From Candidatus Asbonarchaeum danakilense (GTDB taxonomy: Archaea > Nanohalarchaeota > Nanosalinia > Nanosalinales > Nanoanaerosalinaceae), in assembly GCA_034190465.1 (NCBI GenBank), contig JAXINV010000059.1, positions 2,993 to 34,116 of the forward strand: DNA of 31,124 nt, given 5' to 3'. Both the position numbers and the translations under genes were made by a program. The notes under the pieces are model-generated. The model was not told where the DNA came from, searched no databases, and saw only the letters and a list, made by a program, of their open reading frames with translations. How positions within the stretch are numbered: the first letter of the stretch is position 1; each line of letters starts with the position of its first letter. Positions 1 to 8,774 of the stretch are shown here, piece after piece.

Positions 1-204
1 GTCCTTTCCTTTCTGTCGGGTTCGTTCGTTGCATAGGAGGTAATATGTCCGTCTCCACAGAGTCTGGCATGTATTCGCAGGAGGGCGGTTTTCATGTTTC
101 AAAGGAGGGTTTTCTGTATTTACAAGACTGATCGGGTGGTTGCCGCAACTTCCACCCTGAGACTTGGAGCAACATTTATGAGCACCGGCTGCACAGTTCG
201 GTGC

Positions 205-1374
205 ATGCGTCGACGGACCGGTGCTGTCCTGTTGCTGGTGCTGGCGGTCGTGCTGTCCGGCTGCCTGACGGTGAACATGCGGGCGGAGCTGCACAGGGAC
301 AAGAGCATGGATTTCTCGATCGGTGTGGACTCCCAGTATGAGTTTGTGCGAAACATGATGGAGAATGCGATCACGAAGCAGTTCAATAACGGTTCTGCGA
401 CGCTTTCGGAGTCATCGAACTCGTTCAAGTACACATGGGAGCGTGTGCGTCCGCCGGAGATCGACGGACCGACGACGAACAACCTGAGCAAGATGCTGGA
501 CTGGAACGTATCGCACAACTATTCGTTCCCGGTCTCGTACGTCTACCGCATCGAGTTCACGACCGAGGGCATGAATCTGTCGGGGATGGAAAACCTTAGC
601 GGTTCAGAGGGGTCCGATAGCTCGCTGGGTTCGTCCCTGTTCGGTGGCGGGCTTTCATCGCTCGGCTTCAACTTCTACCTGGATCCGTTCGGCTCGATTA
701 CGGACACGAACGGTATCAGGACGGATACGGGAGCTGTCAAGTTCGATCTGCTGAAGGACAAGACATACTACGTCGAGTTCAAGGACCATGTGTGGAACAC
801 ATGGATCGCGAACTTGGGTGGTCCTGCCTGCCAGGAGCAGTGGTCGTGCGGTGAGTGGTCGGCCTGCACCAACGGCACGAAGACCAGAGACTGCACAGCC
901 TCGAACAAGTGCAGCAACTACCTGTACCGGCCGAAGGAGACGAAGGAGTGCGGGGTCGGCGCTGACTCAGGGCTCGGGTTCGGTGACACGGAACTGGGCG
1001 GTGACACGGGGTACGGGTTCAACAGCTGTTACCGCACGTCGCCCTCGTTCATCGGCACGCCGTTCGAACTGAGGAACTGGACGTTCGAGGGGCAGAGCGG
1101 TGTCACGCTCCAGTTCGCGATGGACGAGTACACCATCGCGGACAACGTGACAATCCGCGATGTGACGCTGTCGTTCGAGGAGCAGGGCAACGTGTCGATG
1201 GGCTATGACCGGACGCTGACACCGGACAACCCGGCCAACATCACGGTGAGCGGTATCGACTGGCTGTCGTCAGGCGACTGCGCCTCGGCCAAGCTGTTCG
1301 TGACGTATGACACGCCGGACGAGCCGGTCGCCACGGAGTCGGGCTACAGCGATATCCAGGGCGAGGTCCCGTAA
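205..1374 (+). CDS. Secreted lipoprotein / surface protein with a thrombospondin type-1-like Cys/Trp module
   Basis: ATG at 205 gives MRRR, a hydrophobic stretch and the lipobox LSGC. TTTATG lies ~27 nt upstream. Contains CQEQWSCGEWSACTNGTKTRDC (WxxWxxC..C TSP1-like), many N-x-S/T sequons and Gly/Ser linkers. Confidence 0.7.
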   Translation: MRRRTGAVLLLVLAVVLSGCLTVNMRAELHRDKSMDFSIGVDSQYEFVRNMMENAITKQFNNGSATLSESSNSFKYTWERVRPPEIDGPTTNNLSKMLDWNVSHNYSFPVSYVYRIEFTTEGMNLSGMENLSGSEGSDSSLGSSLFGGGLSSLGFNFYLDPFGSITDTNGIRTDTGAVKFDLLKDKTYYVEFKDHVWNTWIANLGGPACQEQWSCGEWSACTNGTKTRDCTASNKCSNYLYRPKETKECGVGADSGLGFGDTELGGDTGYGFNSCYRTSPSFIGTPFELRNWTFEGQSGVTLQFAMDEYTIADNVTIRDVTLSFEEQGNVSMGYDRTLTPDNPANITVSGIDWLSSGDCASAKLFVTYDTPDEPVATESGYSDIQGEVP

Positions 1375-1389
1375 GACGGACCCGGTCAC

Positions 1390-1396
1390 TTTTTAT
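1390..1396 (+). promoter_or_regulatory. Probable TATA box of gap
   Basis: TTTTTAT ~33 nt upstream of ATG 1429 in an otherwise GC-rich intergenic gap. Confidence 0.5.
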
Positions 1397-1428
1397 GGTT
1401 CTGCGCCGCGTATCCGTACGTGGTACCC

Positions 1429-2454
1429 ATGCCGAAGATCATCGTCAACGGGCTTGGCACGATCGGGAAACGCGTCGCCGCTGCTGTGCGGCGGCAGGAA
1501 GATATGGAACTTGCAGGCGTGGCGGATGTCGCACCGACCGGTGAACTCCGCACCGTCATGAGCGAGGACGGCCCGCTGAGCGGCGTCGACCTGTACGGCT
1601 CCACGGCGGAGGGCGTCCAGAAGCTGGAGGAGGGCGGCTTCGATGTCGCCGGTGATCTGGCAGGCGTCCTTGACGATGTCGACCTCGTGGTCGATGCGAC
1701 ACCGAAGGGTATCGATGCGAAGAACAAGGAGAACCTGTACGAGCCTAACGACGTGAAGGCGATCTTCCAGGGCGGTGCTGACGGCAGTATCGCTGATGTC
1801 AAGTTCAACGCCAACGCCAACTACGATGAGGCGCGGGACGAGCAGTTCGTCAAACTGGTGTCGTGCAATACGACGTCGCTGTGCCGGACGCTGCATGCTG
1901 TCGACGACAACTTCGGTGTGGATGAGGTCGTCGCCAACCTGGTGCGGCGTGGCGGCGACCCGAAGCAGGATTCGCGCGGTCCGATCAACTCGATCATCCC
2001 TGTACAGGACGTGCCGTCCCATCACGGCCCGGACGTGCAGGAGGTGATGCCGTACATCGACATCAAGACGCTGGCGGTCAAGGTCCCGACCACGCTGGCG
2101 CACGTCCACATGGTCAACGTCGAGCTGGAGTCGGACGCGACTGAGGACGAGGTCAAGCGGGCGTTCCGCGACGAGCCGCGCGTCGTGCTGGAGTCCGCCG
2201 GTGACGGCTACGAGTCGACCGCCAAACTGCACGAGAAGATGCGTGACCTAGAGCGGCCGCGCAACGATATGCAGGAGGTCGCGATCTGGGAGGAGACGGT
2301 CACGGTCGACAACGGCACGCTGTACTGGATCCACATGACGCACCAGGAATCGATCGTCGTGCCGGACAACATCGACGCGATCCGTGCGATGCTGGGCATG
2401 GACGACCGGAAGGCGTCGATGGAACGCACCGACCAGTCCCTGGGGCTGGAGTAG
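1429..2454 (+). CDS. gap: Glyceraldehyde-3-phosphate dehydrogenase, archaeal type II
   Basis: NGLGTIGKRVA Rossmann start, catalytic VSCNTT, and RRGGDP, SHHGPDV and HQESIVVPDNIDAIRAM motifs. Confidence 0.95.
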   Translation: MPKIIVNGLGTIGKRVAAAVRRQEDMELAGVADVAPTGELRTVMSEDGPLSGVDLYGSTAEGVQKLEEGGFDVAGDLAGVLDDVDLVVDATPKGIDAKNKENLYEPNDVKAIFQGGADGSIADVKFNANANYDEARDEQFVKLVSCNTTSLCRTLHAVDDNFGVDEVVANLVRRGGDPKQDSRGPINSIIPVQDVPSHHGPDVQEVMPYIDIKTLAVKVPTTLAHVHMVNVELESDATEDEVKRAFRDEPRVVLESAGDGYESTAKLHEKMRDLERPRNDMQEVAIWEETVTVDNGTLYWIHMTHQESIVVPDNIDAIRAMLGMDDRKASMERTDQSLGLE

Positions 2455-4128
2455 CTACCGCCCCAGGATGTCCTCCACTTCTTCTTTCGTCGCTGCTTCT
2501 AGCGCCTGCTGTGCCTTCTGCCGTGCCTCCTCTGTGTCGGTCTCCCGGATCCGCTGCTTGACGCGTGGCACAGACGGCGAGCTCATGCTGAGCTCATCCA
2601 GCCCGAGACCGACCAGCAGCTCGGTGACGGAGCGGTCACCGGCCATCTCCCCGCACATGCCTACCCAGGCGTCGCCGGCGTGCCCGTCCTCGACGACCTT
2701 CGATATAGCGCGGAGCACGGCTGGATAGAGCGGGTCCTGGAGCGATGCGACGCGATTATCCGTCCGTGAAGCCGCCATGATGTACTGCGTCAGGTCGTTT
2801 GTTCCTATGCTGAGGAAGTCGACCCGGTCCGCCATCTCGTCCGCGGTCAGCACGGCGGCGGGTGTCTCGACCATGATGCCGAGCTCCGGTCGTGCGTGCT
2901 CGACGCCGTCCTCGTCCAGCTGCTCGGCGACATCGTCCACGACTGCCAGCGCCCGGTCCAGTTCCTCGACGCTGGCGACCAGGGGGAACATGACCGCCAG
3001 GTCGTCGCCGTGCTCGGTCGCGGCAGCGCGGAGCAGCGCCCGGAGCTGCGTCCTGAACAGCTCATCGCCCTCGCCGAGGGACAGCCGGATGCCGCGGACG
3101 CCGAGAAACGGGTTGTCGCCGGGATCAAGGTCGACGTACGGTACCGGCTTGTCCCCACCGATGTCCAGTGTCCTGACGACGACACGCTCCCCGTCGAATG
3201 TTTCCAGTGCGTTGACGTAGTATTTGTAGTGTTCGTCCTCTGACGGCGGCTCGTCGCGTTTGAGGAACATGAACTCGGTCCGGTACAGGCCGATGCCGTC
3301 CGCACCCTGCGCCGCGGCCCGGTCAAGCTCGCGGTCGTTGGCGATGTTGGCTGCGACCTCGATCTCCTCGCCGTCTTCCGTCGCGACGTGGTCCTCGATG
3401 ATCTCGATCTCTATCTCTTCCTCCGCCTCGGCGATGCGTTCCTCGCCGGGGTCGGTGACGACCTTTCCCTGTTCGCCGTCGACGACGATCTGCTGCCCGT
3501 CCTCCAGTGCATCGATCTGCCCGCCGACGCCGACGACCGCCGGGATGCCGAGCGATCTGGCGAGGATCGCGGCGTGAGAGGTCCTGCCGCCTTCCTTCGT
3601 GACGATGCCGGCGACCTTTGCCGGATCTAGCTGCGCTGTGTCGCTGGGTGTCAGCCGCTCCGCGACGATGACGGAGCCGTCGGGCACGTCGCTGAGCCCG
3701 GTCTCCTCTGCCCCGGTCAGGATGCGGATGACGCGGTCACGGACGTCGCGCAGGTCGTCGGCCCGCTCCGCGGTGATGCCGCCGGTCTGTTCGAACTGCT
3801 GGATTGGGTCTTCGAACGCGTGCTGGACGGCCTGTTCCGCGCTCTCGCCGTCCTGGACGTGTTCCTCGACGCTCTCCTCGATCTGCGGGTCGTTGAGGAA
3901 CTGGCGCTGCGCCTCGAAGATCTCGGCCTCCTTCTTCCCGACGTCCTGTTCTGCCTGTTCCTGCCGCTCCTGGAGCTGGTCCAGTGCCTGTTCCTTCGCA
4001 TCGTGGAACCGTTCCAGCTCCTGGTCGGGCTCCTGCTGGGCGTCGCGCAGGACGAGCTCGTCGGGCCGGTACCGGTGTACGGTGCCGACGCCCTGCCGCT
4101 GTGTGACGCCGACGCCGTCAATCGGCAT
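2455..4128 (-). CDS. ptsI: PTS enzyme I (PEP-protein phosphotransferase)
   Basis: GGRTSHAAILARS phospho-His motif, plus GIGLYRTEF, RTLDIGGDK, SIGTNDLTQY and GMCGEMA. Confidence 0.97.
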   Translation of the reverse strand: MPIDGVGVTQRQGVGTVHRYRPDELVLRDAQQEPDQELERFHDAKEQALDQLQERQEQAEQDVGKKEAEIFEAQRQFLNDPQIEESVEEHVQDGESAEQAVQHAFEDPIQQFEQTGGITAERADDLRDVRDRVIRILTGAEETGLSDVPDGSVIVAERLTPSDTAQLDPAKVAGIVTKEGGRTSHAAILARSLGIPAVVGVGGQIDALEDGQQIVVDGEQGKVVTDPGEERIAEAEEEIEIEIIEDHVATEDGEEIEVAANIANDRELDRAAAQGADGIGLYRTEFMFLKRDEPPSEDEHYKYYVNALETFDGERVVVRTLDIGGDKPVPYVDLDPGDNPFLGVRGIRLSLGEGDELFRTQLRALLRAAATEHGDDLAVMFPLVASVEELDRALAVVDDVAEQLDEDGVEHARPELGIMVETPAAVLTADEMADRVDFLSIGTNDLTQYIMAASRTDNRVASLQDPLYPAVLRAISKVVEDGHAGDAWVGMCGEMAGDRSVTELLVGLGLDELSMSSPSVPRVKQRIRETDTEEARQKAQQALEAATKEEVEDILGR

Positions 4129-4390
4129 ACTCGTCCTCCGGTGTTGTGAGCACCTTTTCGAGTGCGTCGAGCGCCTCTTCGGCGTCGTCGCCCTCGGCGA
4201 TCAGTTCGACGATGTCGCCCTGTGCGGCGCCGAGCCCGGTGACTGACAGCATGCTCCGCGCGTCGACCGGTTCCTCGCCTTGCTTCCCGACCTTGAGATC
4301 GCAGTCGAACTGGTTGGCGGTCTCGACGAACTTGGAGGCGGGCCGGGCGTGCAGTCCTTCCTCGGGGACGATCTCGACCTCGCGTTTCAC
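4118..4390 (-). CDS. ptsH: Phosphocarrier protein HPr
   Basis: GLHARPA (His15 equivalent) and DARSMLSV (Ser46 equivalent); 90 aa; GTG start overlaps the IIA stop. Confidence 0.95.
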   Translation of the reverse strand: MKREVEIVPEEGLHARPASKFVETANQFDCDLKVGKQGEEPVDARSMLSVTGLGAAQGDIVELIAEGDDAEEALDALEKVLTTPEDEYAD

Positions 4391-4854
4391 TCGCTGACCG
4401 CCTCCTTCAAGGTGTCGATGACGTCGTCGGGCGTGGCGGCGTCCATGAGTGCCTCCCTGACCTCGTCGTGGACGAGCGCCCGGGACAGGGTGCTGAGCAG
4501 TTTGAGGTGTTCGTCGCTGCTGCCCTCGGGGACGAGGAGCATGAAGATGAGGTGGGCGAGGCTGTCGTCCATGGCGCCGAAGTCGACGCCGTCCTCTGCC
4601 CTGACGAACGCGACGGTGGGTTCGTCGACCCCGCTGGTCTTGGCGTGTGGAATGCCGATGCCTTTGCCGACACCGGTGTTTGTCTGTTCTTCCCGGGCCA
4701 TGATATCGTTGTGGACCTGCTGTCTGTCGTTCAGACGTCCTGCCTGGTACACGAGGCCGATGAGGTACTGGATGCAGTCGTCCTTATCCTGGAAGTCCTG
4801 ATCGAGTTCGATGAGGTCGGGGGAGATGAGGGAGTCGAAGTAGTCCGGATCCAT
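4387..4854 (-). CDS. ptfA: PTS fructose-family IIA component
   Basis: RE..TGVGKGIGIPHAK motif, GVDFGAMD, HLKLLSTLSR. Confidence 0.92.
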   Translation of the reverse strand: MDPDYFDSLISPDLIELDQDFQDKDDCIQYLIGLVYQAGRLNDRQQVHNDIMAREEQTNTGVGKGIGIPHAKTSGVDEPTVAFVRAEDGVDFGAMDDSLAHLIFMLLVPEGSSDEHLKLLSTLSRALVHDEVREALMDAATPDDVIDTLKEAVSE

Positions 4855-4878
4855 ACACGAAGGTAGGGCGTCTGGCGG

Positions 4879-4885
4879 TATAAAG
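4879..4885 (-). promoter_or_regulatory. Probable TATA box for the IIA-HPr-EI unit
   Basis: CTTTATA on the minus strand ~25-30 nt upstream of ATG 4854. Confidence 0.55.
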
Positions 4886-4912
4886 TTTGGTGGCTTGCTG
4901 GGTTGTTGGTGG

Positions 4913-4953
4913 AGAAAGAAAAAGAAAGGCGGCGAACGGTGTCAGCGTTCGCC
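4913..4953 (-). terminator. Hairpin plus U-rich terminator after IIC
   Basis: Minus strand GGCGAACG-7nt-CGTTCGCC stem followed by TTTCTTTTTCTTTCT, 10 nt after the IIC stop. Confidence 0.65.
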
Positions 4954-4963
4954 TCAGTTTGTG

Positions 4964-6115
4964 TCACGTCCACTTTTGGATGCCTTCGCCTTCTGCCTCT
5001 CGCTTGTCGGGCTTGAGGTAGGTGACCATCGCTGCGGTCACGATCCCTCCGAGCACGATACAACCGATGAAGGCTGCTGCGCTCATGAGGGTTCCTCCCA
5101 GACCGCCTGCGAGCGGGATGACGAAGATTCCTCCGTGGGGTGCAGGCATTGTCAGCCCGAGGTACATGGATGATGCGGCTGCTGTTGCGCTGCCGACCAT
5201 GAGGCTCGGGATGACTCTGAACGGATCTGCCGCTGCGTACGGAATTGCTCCTTCTGTGATGAAGGATGCTGAAAGTACGACTGCGGCCTTTGCCTGCTCG
5301 TACATTTCCTTGGGGTACTTCTGTGGCGCGACGAAGTTGGAGATCGCCATGCCGAGTGGTGGTGACATTCCTGCGATCATGACTGCCGCCATCGGCTCGT
5401 AGATGCCCTGGCTGATCAGTCCTACGCCGAAGACGTAGGCGACCTTGTTGACGGGGCCTCCCATGTCGAATGCCATCATCAGTCCGATGACGGCTCCGAG
5501 GAAGACCGCTTGTCCTGTTCCGATCGTCTGGAGCCAGGCTGTAAGGGCGGTGTTCGCCACTGCCACAGGAACACCGACGACGAGCAGCATGACTGGAGCG
5601 AGGATTGCTGTGGTGCCGATCGGTATTATGAGGATCGGCATCATGGGCTTCAATGTCTCCGGGAAGTCCATGTTCTTGATCCACTTGGCGACGTAACCTG
5701 CTGCCAGTCCTGCTACCAGTGCTCCAAGGTAACCTGCTCCTGCGGGCCCGACCTGTCCGGTCGAGACACCGATGGCCTTTCCTGCTGCCTGGAGGACGTT
5801 CCCCTGCTGCAGGATGTAGGACAGGATGAACCCTGGGGCGAGACCTGGTCTGTCGGCTATCGCGTACGCGATGTACGCACCGAGGACGGGCACCATCAGT
5901 GTCAGACCTGCGACACCGATCTGTGCCAGGAACCATCCAAGGGAGCCGGTGTTCTGGAACACCTGCTCGGTGTTACCCACGCCGAACGCGACGGCCAGGA
6001 AGATACCGCCGACCGTCACGAACGGGATCATGTACGAGACACCGGTCATCAGGTCCTCTTCCGTGGACTTGAGCCGGTCCATAAACGAACGCTCTGATTC
6101 GTCTCCAGAAGCCAT
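4964..6115 (-). CDS. ptfC: PTS fructose-specific IIC membrane component
   Basis: LMTGVSYMIPFV, IADRPGLAPG, MMAFDMGGPVNKVAY, FITEGAIPYAAADP and APHGG motifs; SD AGGTGA upstream. Confidence 0.95.
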   Translation of the reverse strand: MASGDESERSFMDRLKSTEEDLMTGVSYMIPFVTVGGIFLAVAFGVGNTEQVFQNTGSLGWFLAQIGVAGLTLMVPVLGAYIAYAIADRPGLAPGFILSYILQQGNVLQAAGKAIGVSTGQVGPAGAGYLGALVAGLAAGYVAKWIKNMDFPETLKPMMPILIIPIGTTAILAPVMLLVVGVPVAVANTALTAWLQTIGTGQAVFLGAVIGLMMAFDMGGPVNKVAYVFGVGLISQGIYEPMAAVMIAGMSPPLGMAISNFVAPQKYPKEMYEQAKAAVVLSASFITEGAIPYAAADPFRVIPSLMVGSATAAASSMYLGLTMPAPHGGIFVIPLAGGLGGTLMSAAAFIGCIVLGGIVTAAMVTYLKPDKREAEGEGIQKWT

Positions 6116-6150
6116 AGGGTTTCACCTAAAGACAGCTATGCGCTGGCTCG

Positions 6151-6180
6151 TATATAAGAGTAAGCCAGCCATTTATATAT
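6151..6180. promoter_or_regulatory. Divergent promoter region ptfC/pfkB
   Basis: TATATAAG (6151-6158) and ATTTATATAT (6171-6180) lie between the divergent starts. Confidence 0.5.
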
Positions 6181-6231
6181 CAGAAGCGCGTGTCCTCCGG
6201 TTTCTTATGCGAGAGGCGCGCATGGAGGAGT

Positions 6232-7140
6232 ATGATTGTGACGGTCACGTTCAACCCGGCGGTCGATCACACCGCGCTGGTCGATGAGGACCTTGAACCG
6301 GGGACGGTGGCCCGTGGCCACGATGCTGTGTTCGACGCGGCCGGGAAGGGTATCAACGCTGCCAAGTATATGACAGGGTTGGGTGTGGACAGTATCGCGA
6401 CCGGGCCGGTCGGTGGGTTCCTCGGTGACTTTCTGGAGGACGACCTGGACGCGCAGGATGTGCCCCACGACTTCGTCCGCATCGACGGCCTGACACGGTT
6501 GAACACGACGATCGATGCGCCGGATGCCGAGTACAAGGTCAACCTGGACGGTCCCGAGATGCTGGATGGTATCGAGGACCAGCTCCTTGCTGCGGTCGAA
6601 CGCCACGACCCTGACGTTGTCGTGATGGGTGGTAGTCTCCCGCCGGGAATGGATGCGACGGTCATCACACGGATCATGGACGGTGACTGGCGGACTGTGG
6701 TCGATGTGCATGGTGACGTGCTGCGACGGATTTCCGGTTCGTTTTTCCTCGCCAAACCGAACAGGGAGGAGCTCAGAGAGGCCACTGGCCTGCCTGTAGA
6801 TTCGATCAATGACGTTGTTGCGGCTGCGGATGAGCTCTGCGACCAGGGCATTGAGAACGTTCTCGTCTCCCTCGGCGAGAAGGGGGCGGTCTTTGTGACC
6901 GAGGACAGTGCGCTGTACGCAGATGCACTGGATGTGGATGTTGCTGACACGGTCGGGGCCGGCGATGCGATTGTTGCAGGCGTGATTGCAGCGCTGGAGA
7001 GAGGGGGAGGGCTGGAGGAGATGCTGCGTGATGGGATAGCGGTTGCCTCCCGGGTTGTCCAGGTCTCTGGTGTCAGGACTCCTGAGTTCGATGATCTGGA
7101 TGTGGTCCGTGACCGGGTAACGGTGGAACGGCTTCGCTGA
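6232..7140 (+). CDS. pfkB: 1-phosphofructokinase (PfkB family)
   Basis: MIVTVTFNPAVD start after SD GGAGG; AAGKGINAA, KPNREEL, VSLGEKGA and DTVGAGDA motifs; fructose PTS context. Confidence 0.92.
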   Translation: MIVTVTFNPAVDHTALVDEDLEPGTVARGHDAVFDAAGKGINAAKYMTGLGVDSIATGPVGGFLGDFLEDDLDAQDVPHDFVRIDGLTRLNTTIDAPDAEYKVNLDGPEMLDGIEDQLLAAVERHDPDVVVMGGSLPPGMDATVITRIMDGDWRTVVDVHGDVLRRISGSFFLAKPNREELREATGLPVDSINDVVAAADELCDQGIENVLVSLGEKGAVFVTEDSALYADALDVDVADTVGAGDAIVAGVIAALERGGGLEEMLRDGIAVASRVVQVSGVRTPEFDDLDVVRDRVTVERLR

Positions 7141-7548
7141 CTACTGGAAGAAGCTCTTGATCTTGTCGATGAAGCTGCCTGTCGCGTCTTCGATCGCGGC
7201 GGACTTCATGTCTTCGTCGGCCTCCTCGAGCTCGACGTCTTCACCCTTAGCTTTCTTGACGGCGGCGTCCAGGACGGCTTCAGGGTGGGTGACTGCTTTC
7301 TGTACGCCAACCTTGACCCGGGGCTTGTCGCCGAACCGGTCGGTGGGGACGGAGATGTCGGCTGCGATGATGACAGCGTCCGCCTCTTCGATGTCTTCGT
7401 CAGTCAGTTCGTTCTCTGTACCGATCGATCCTCGTATCTCGACCTTGATCTCGTGTTCGGAGTCTTCTGCGGCTTCTTCGAGTGATTCTGCGGCCATCTC
7501 GCTGTGGGCGATGCCTGTCGGGCAGGAGGTGACGGCGAGGAATTTCAT
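7141..7548 (-). CDS. ptfB: PTS fructose-specific IIB component
   Basis: MKFLAVTSCPTGIAHSEMAAE with the phospho-Cys; ADAVIIAAD. Confidence 0.93.
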   Translation of the reverse strand: MKFLAVTSCPTGIAHSEMAAESLEEAAEDSEHEIKVEIRGSIGTENELTDEDIEEADAVIIAADISVPTDRFGDKPRVKVGVQKAVTHPEAVLDAAVKKAKGEDVELEEADEDMKSAAIEDATGSFIDKIKSFFQ

Positions 7549-7594
7549 CGTCCTATGTGTAAGAGTGCGGGGCTGCCATAAAAACCTGTCCCGG

Positions 7595-8770
7595 TCAGGA
7601 GTACTGCTCCAGGGCATCGACCACGACCAGATCCTCGCCGCTCATGTACCGGACGAACGCGCCGCCGGCGATCGAGACGTGCGAGAAGTCGTCGACCTGG
7701 TAGCCGAACCGTTCGACCAGCGACGATGTGTGGCCGCCGCCGAGTACGGTGTAGCCGTCACAGTCGGTGATCGCGTCCAGTATCGCGACGGTGCCGTCCT
7801 CATGGCCTTGCTCGTACGCGCCCATCGGCCCCTTCATGACGACGGACTCCGCGTCGCGGATGATGGAGACGAAACGGTCTTGTGTCTTCTCGCCTATGTC
7901 CCAGGTCATACCGGAGTCAGGCACGTCGTCGACGGGCACGGTGCCGCTGTCGGTGACGGCGTCTTCGGGAAGCACGACCTTGTCCTCGTACCGGTCCAGC
8001 ACGTCGCGGAACGCGTCGACCTTTTCGTCAAAGTCGTTCTCCTCGATCCAGTCCCACTTGTCGCCCAGTGAGACTCCTTCGAGGTGGAGCGCTATCTCGC
8101 CGGGGATGCCGCCGAGGAGGATTCTGTCGGCGCGGTCGCCCATCCGTTCCAGCATCTTGACGAGGTCGGCGGCCTTCTCCCCGCCAAGCACGAGGACCGG
8201 GTTCTCGACGCTGTCACGGGCCTTCTCACAGCTTGCGAGCTCCTGCTCCATGACCGGGCCGGCGTACGACTCCATGACTGGTGCGAACCCGACCAGGGAG
8301 GCGTGGGAACGGTGCGCCGCGGAAAACGCGTCGTTGACGTAGATGTCGAAGTGTGGGGCTGCCCAGTTGACGAAGATGGACTTGGCGTGGTCGCCGGGCG
8401 GTTGTACCTCCAGTTCCTCGGAGAGGAACCTGACGTTCTCCATGAACGCGATCTCGCTGTCCTCCATGCCATCGAGCGTCGATCCCAGCTCGGCGCCGAA
8501 CAGGCTCTCGATGAACGCGACCTCATGGTCGAGGTGCTTTGCTGCGAGTTCTGCGTGCTGCTCCAGCGAGGTGAAGTCGTCACGTCCCGGTCTGCCCTGG
8601 TGAGCCATGACGACGACCCGTGCGCCGCGGTCGCTGAGTTCCTGCAGTGTCTCCATGTATGTTTTGAACCGGAGGTCGGGCACGGGATTGCCGTCCTCCA
8701 GTGACAGGTTGAGGTCGGATCTGAGCAGCACGTTCTTCCCCTGCAGGGCGGTCCCGTCGAGCACGTTCAC
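7595..8770 (-). CDS. pgk: Phosphoglycerate kinase
   Basis: GTG start 4 nt after the fba stop; RSDLN, AHQGRPG, ENVRF, NDAFSAAHRSHAS, GGGHT and SIAGGA motifs. Confidence 0.93.
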   Translation of the reverse strand: MNVLDGTALQGKNVLLRSDLNLSLEDGNPVPDLRFKTYMETLQELSDRGARVVVMAHQGRPGRDDFTSLEQHAELAAKHLDHEVAFIESLFGAELGSTLDGMEDSEIAFMENVRFLSEELEVQPPGDHAKSIFVNWAAPHFDIYVNDAFSAAHRSHASLVGFAPVMESYAGPVMEQELASCEKARDSVENPVLVLGGEKAADLVKMLERMGDRADRILLGGIPGEIALHLEGVSLGDKWDWIEENDFDEKVDAFRDVLDRYEDKVVLPEDAVTDSGTVPVDDVPDSGMTWDIGEKTQDRFVSIIRDAESVVMKGPMGAYEQGHEDGTVAILDAITDCDGYTVLGGGHTSSLVERFGYQVDDFSHVSIAGGAFVRYMSGEDLVVVDALEQYS

Positions 8771-8774
8771 GGTA

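Noticed and set aside
1..34. Possible start of a minus-strand gene (MQRTNPTERKG...)
   Set aside because: Too short at the window edge to support.
4964..7140. Distinct codon usage in ptfC (A-ending) and pfkB (T-ending) as proof of separate HGT
   Set aside because: A plus-strand T/G excess appears elsewhere in the window, so strand skew could explain it. It needs computation.
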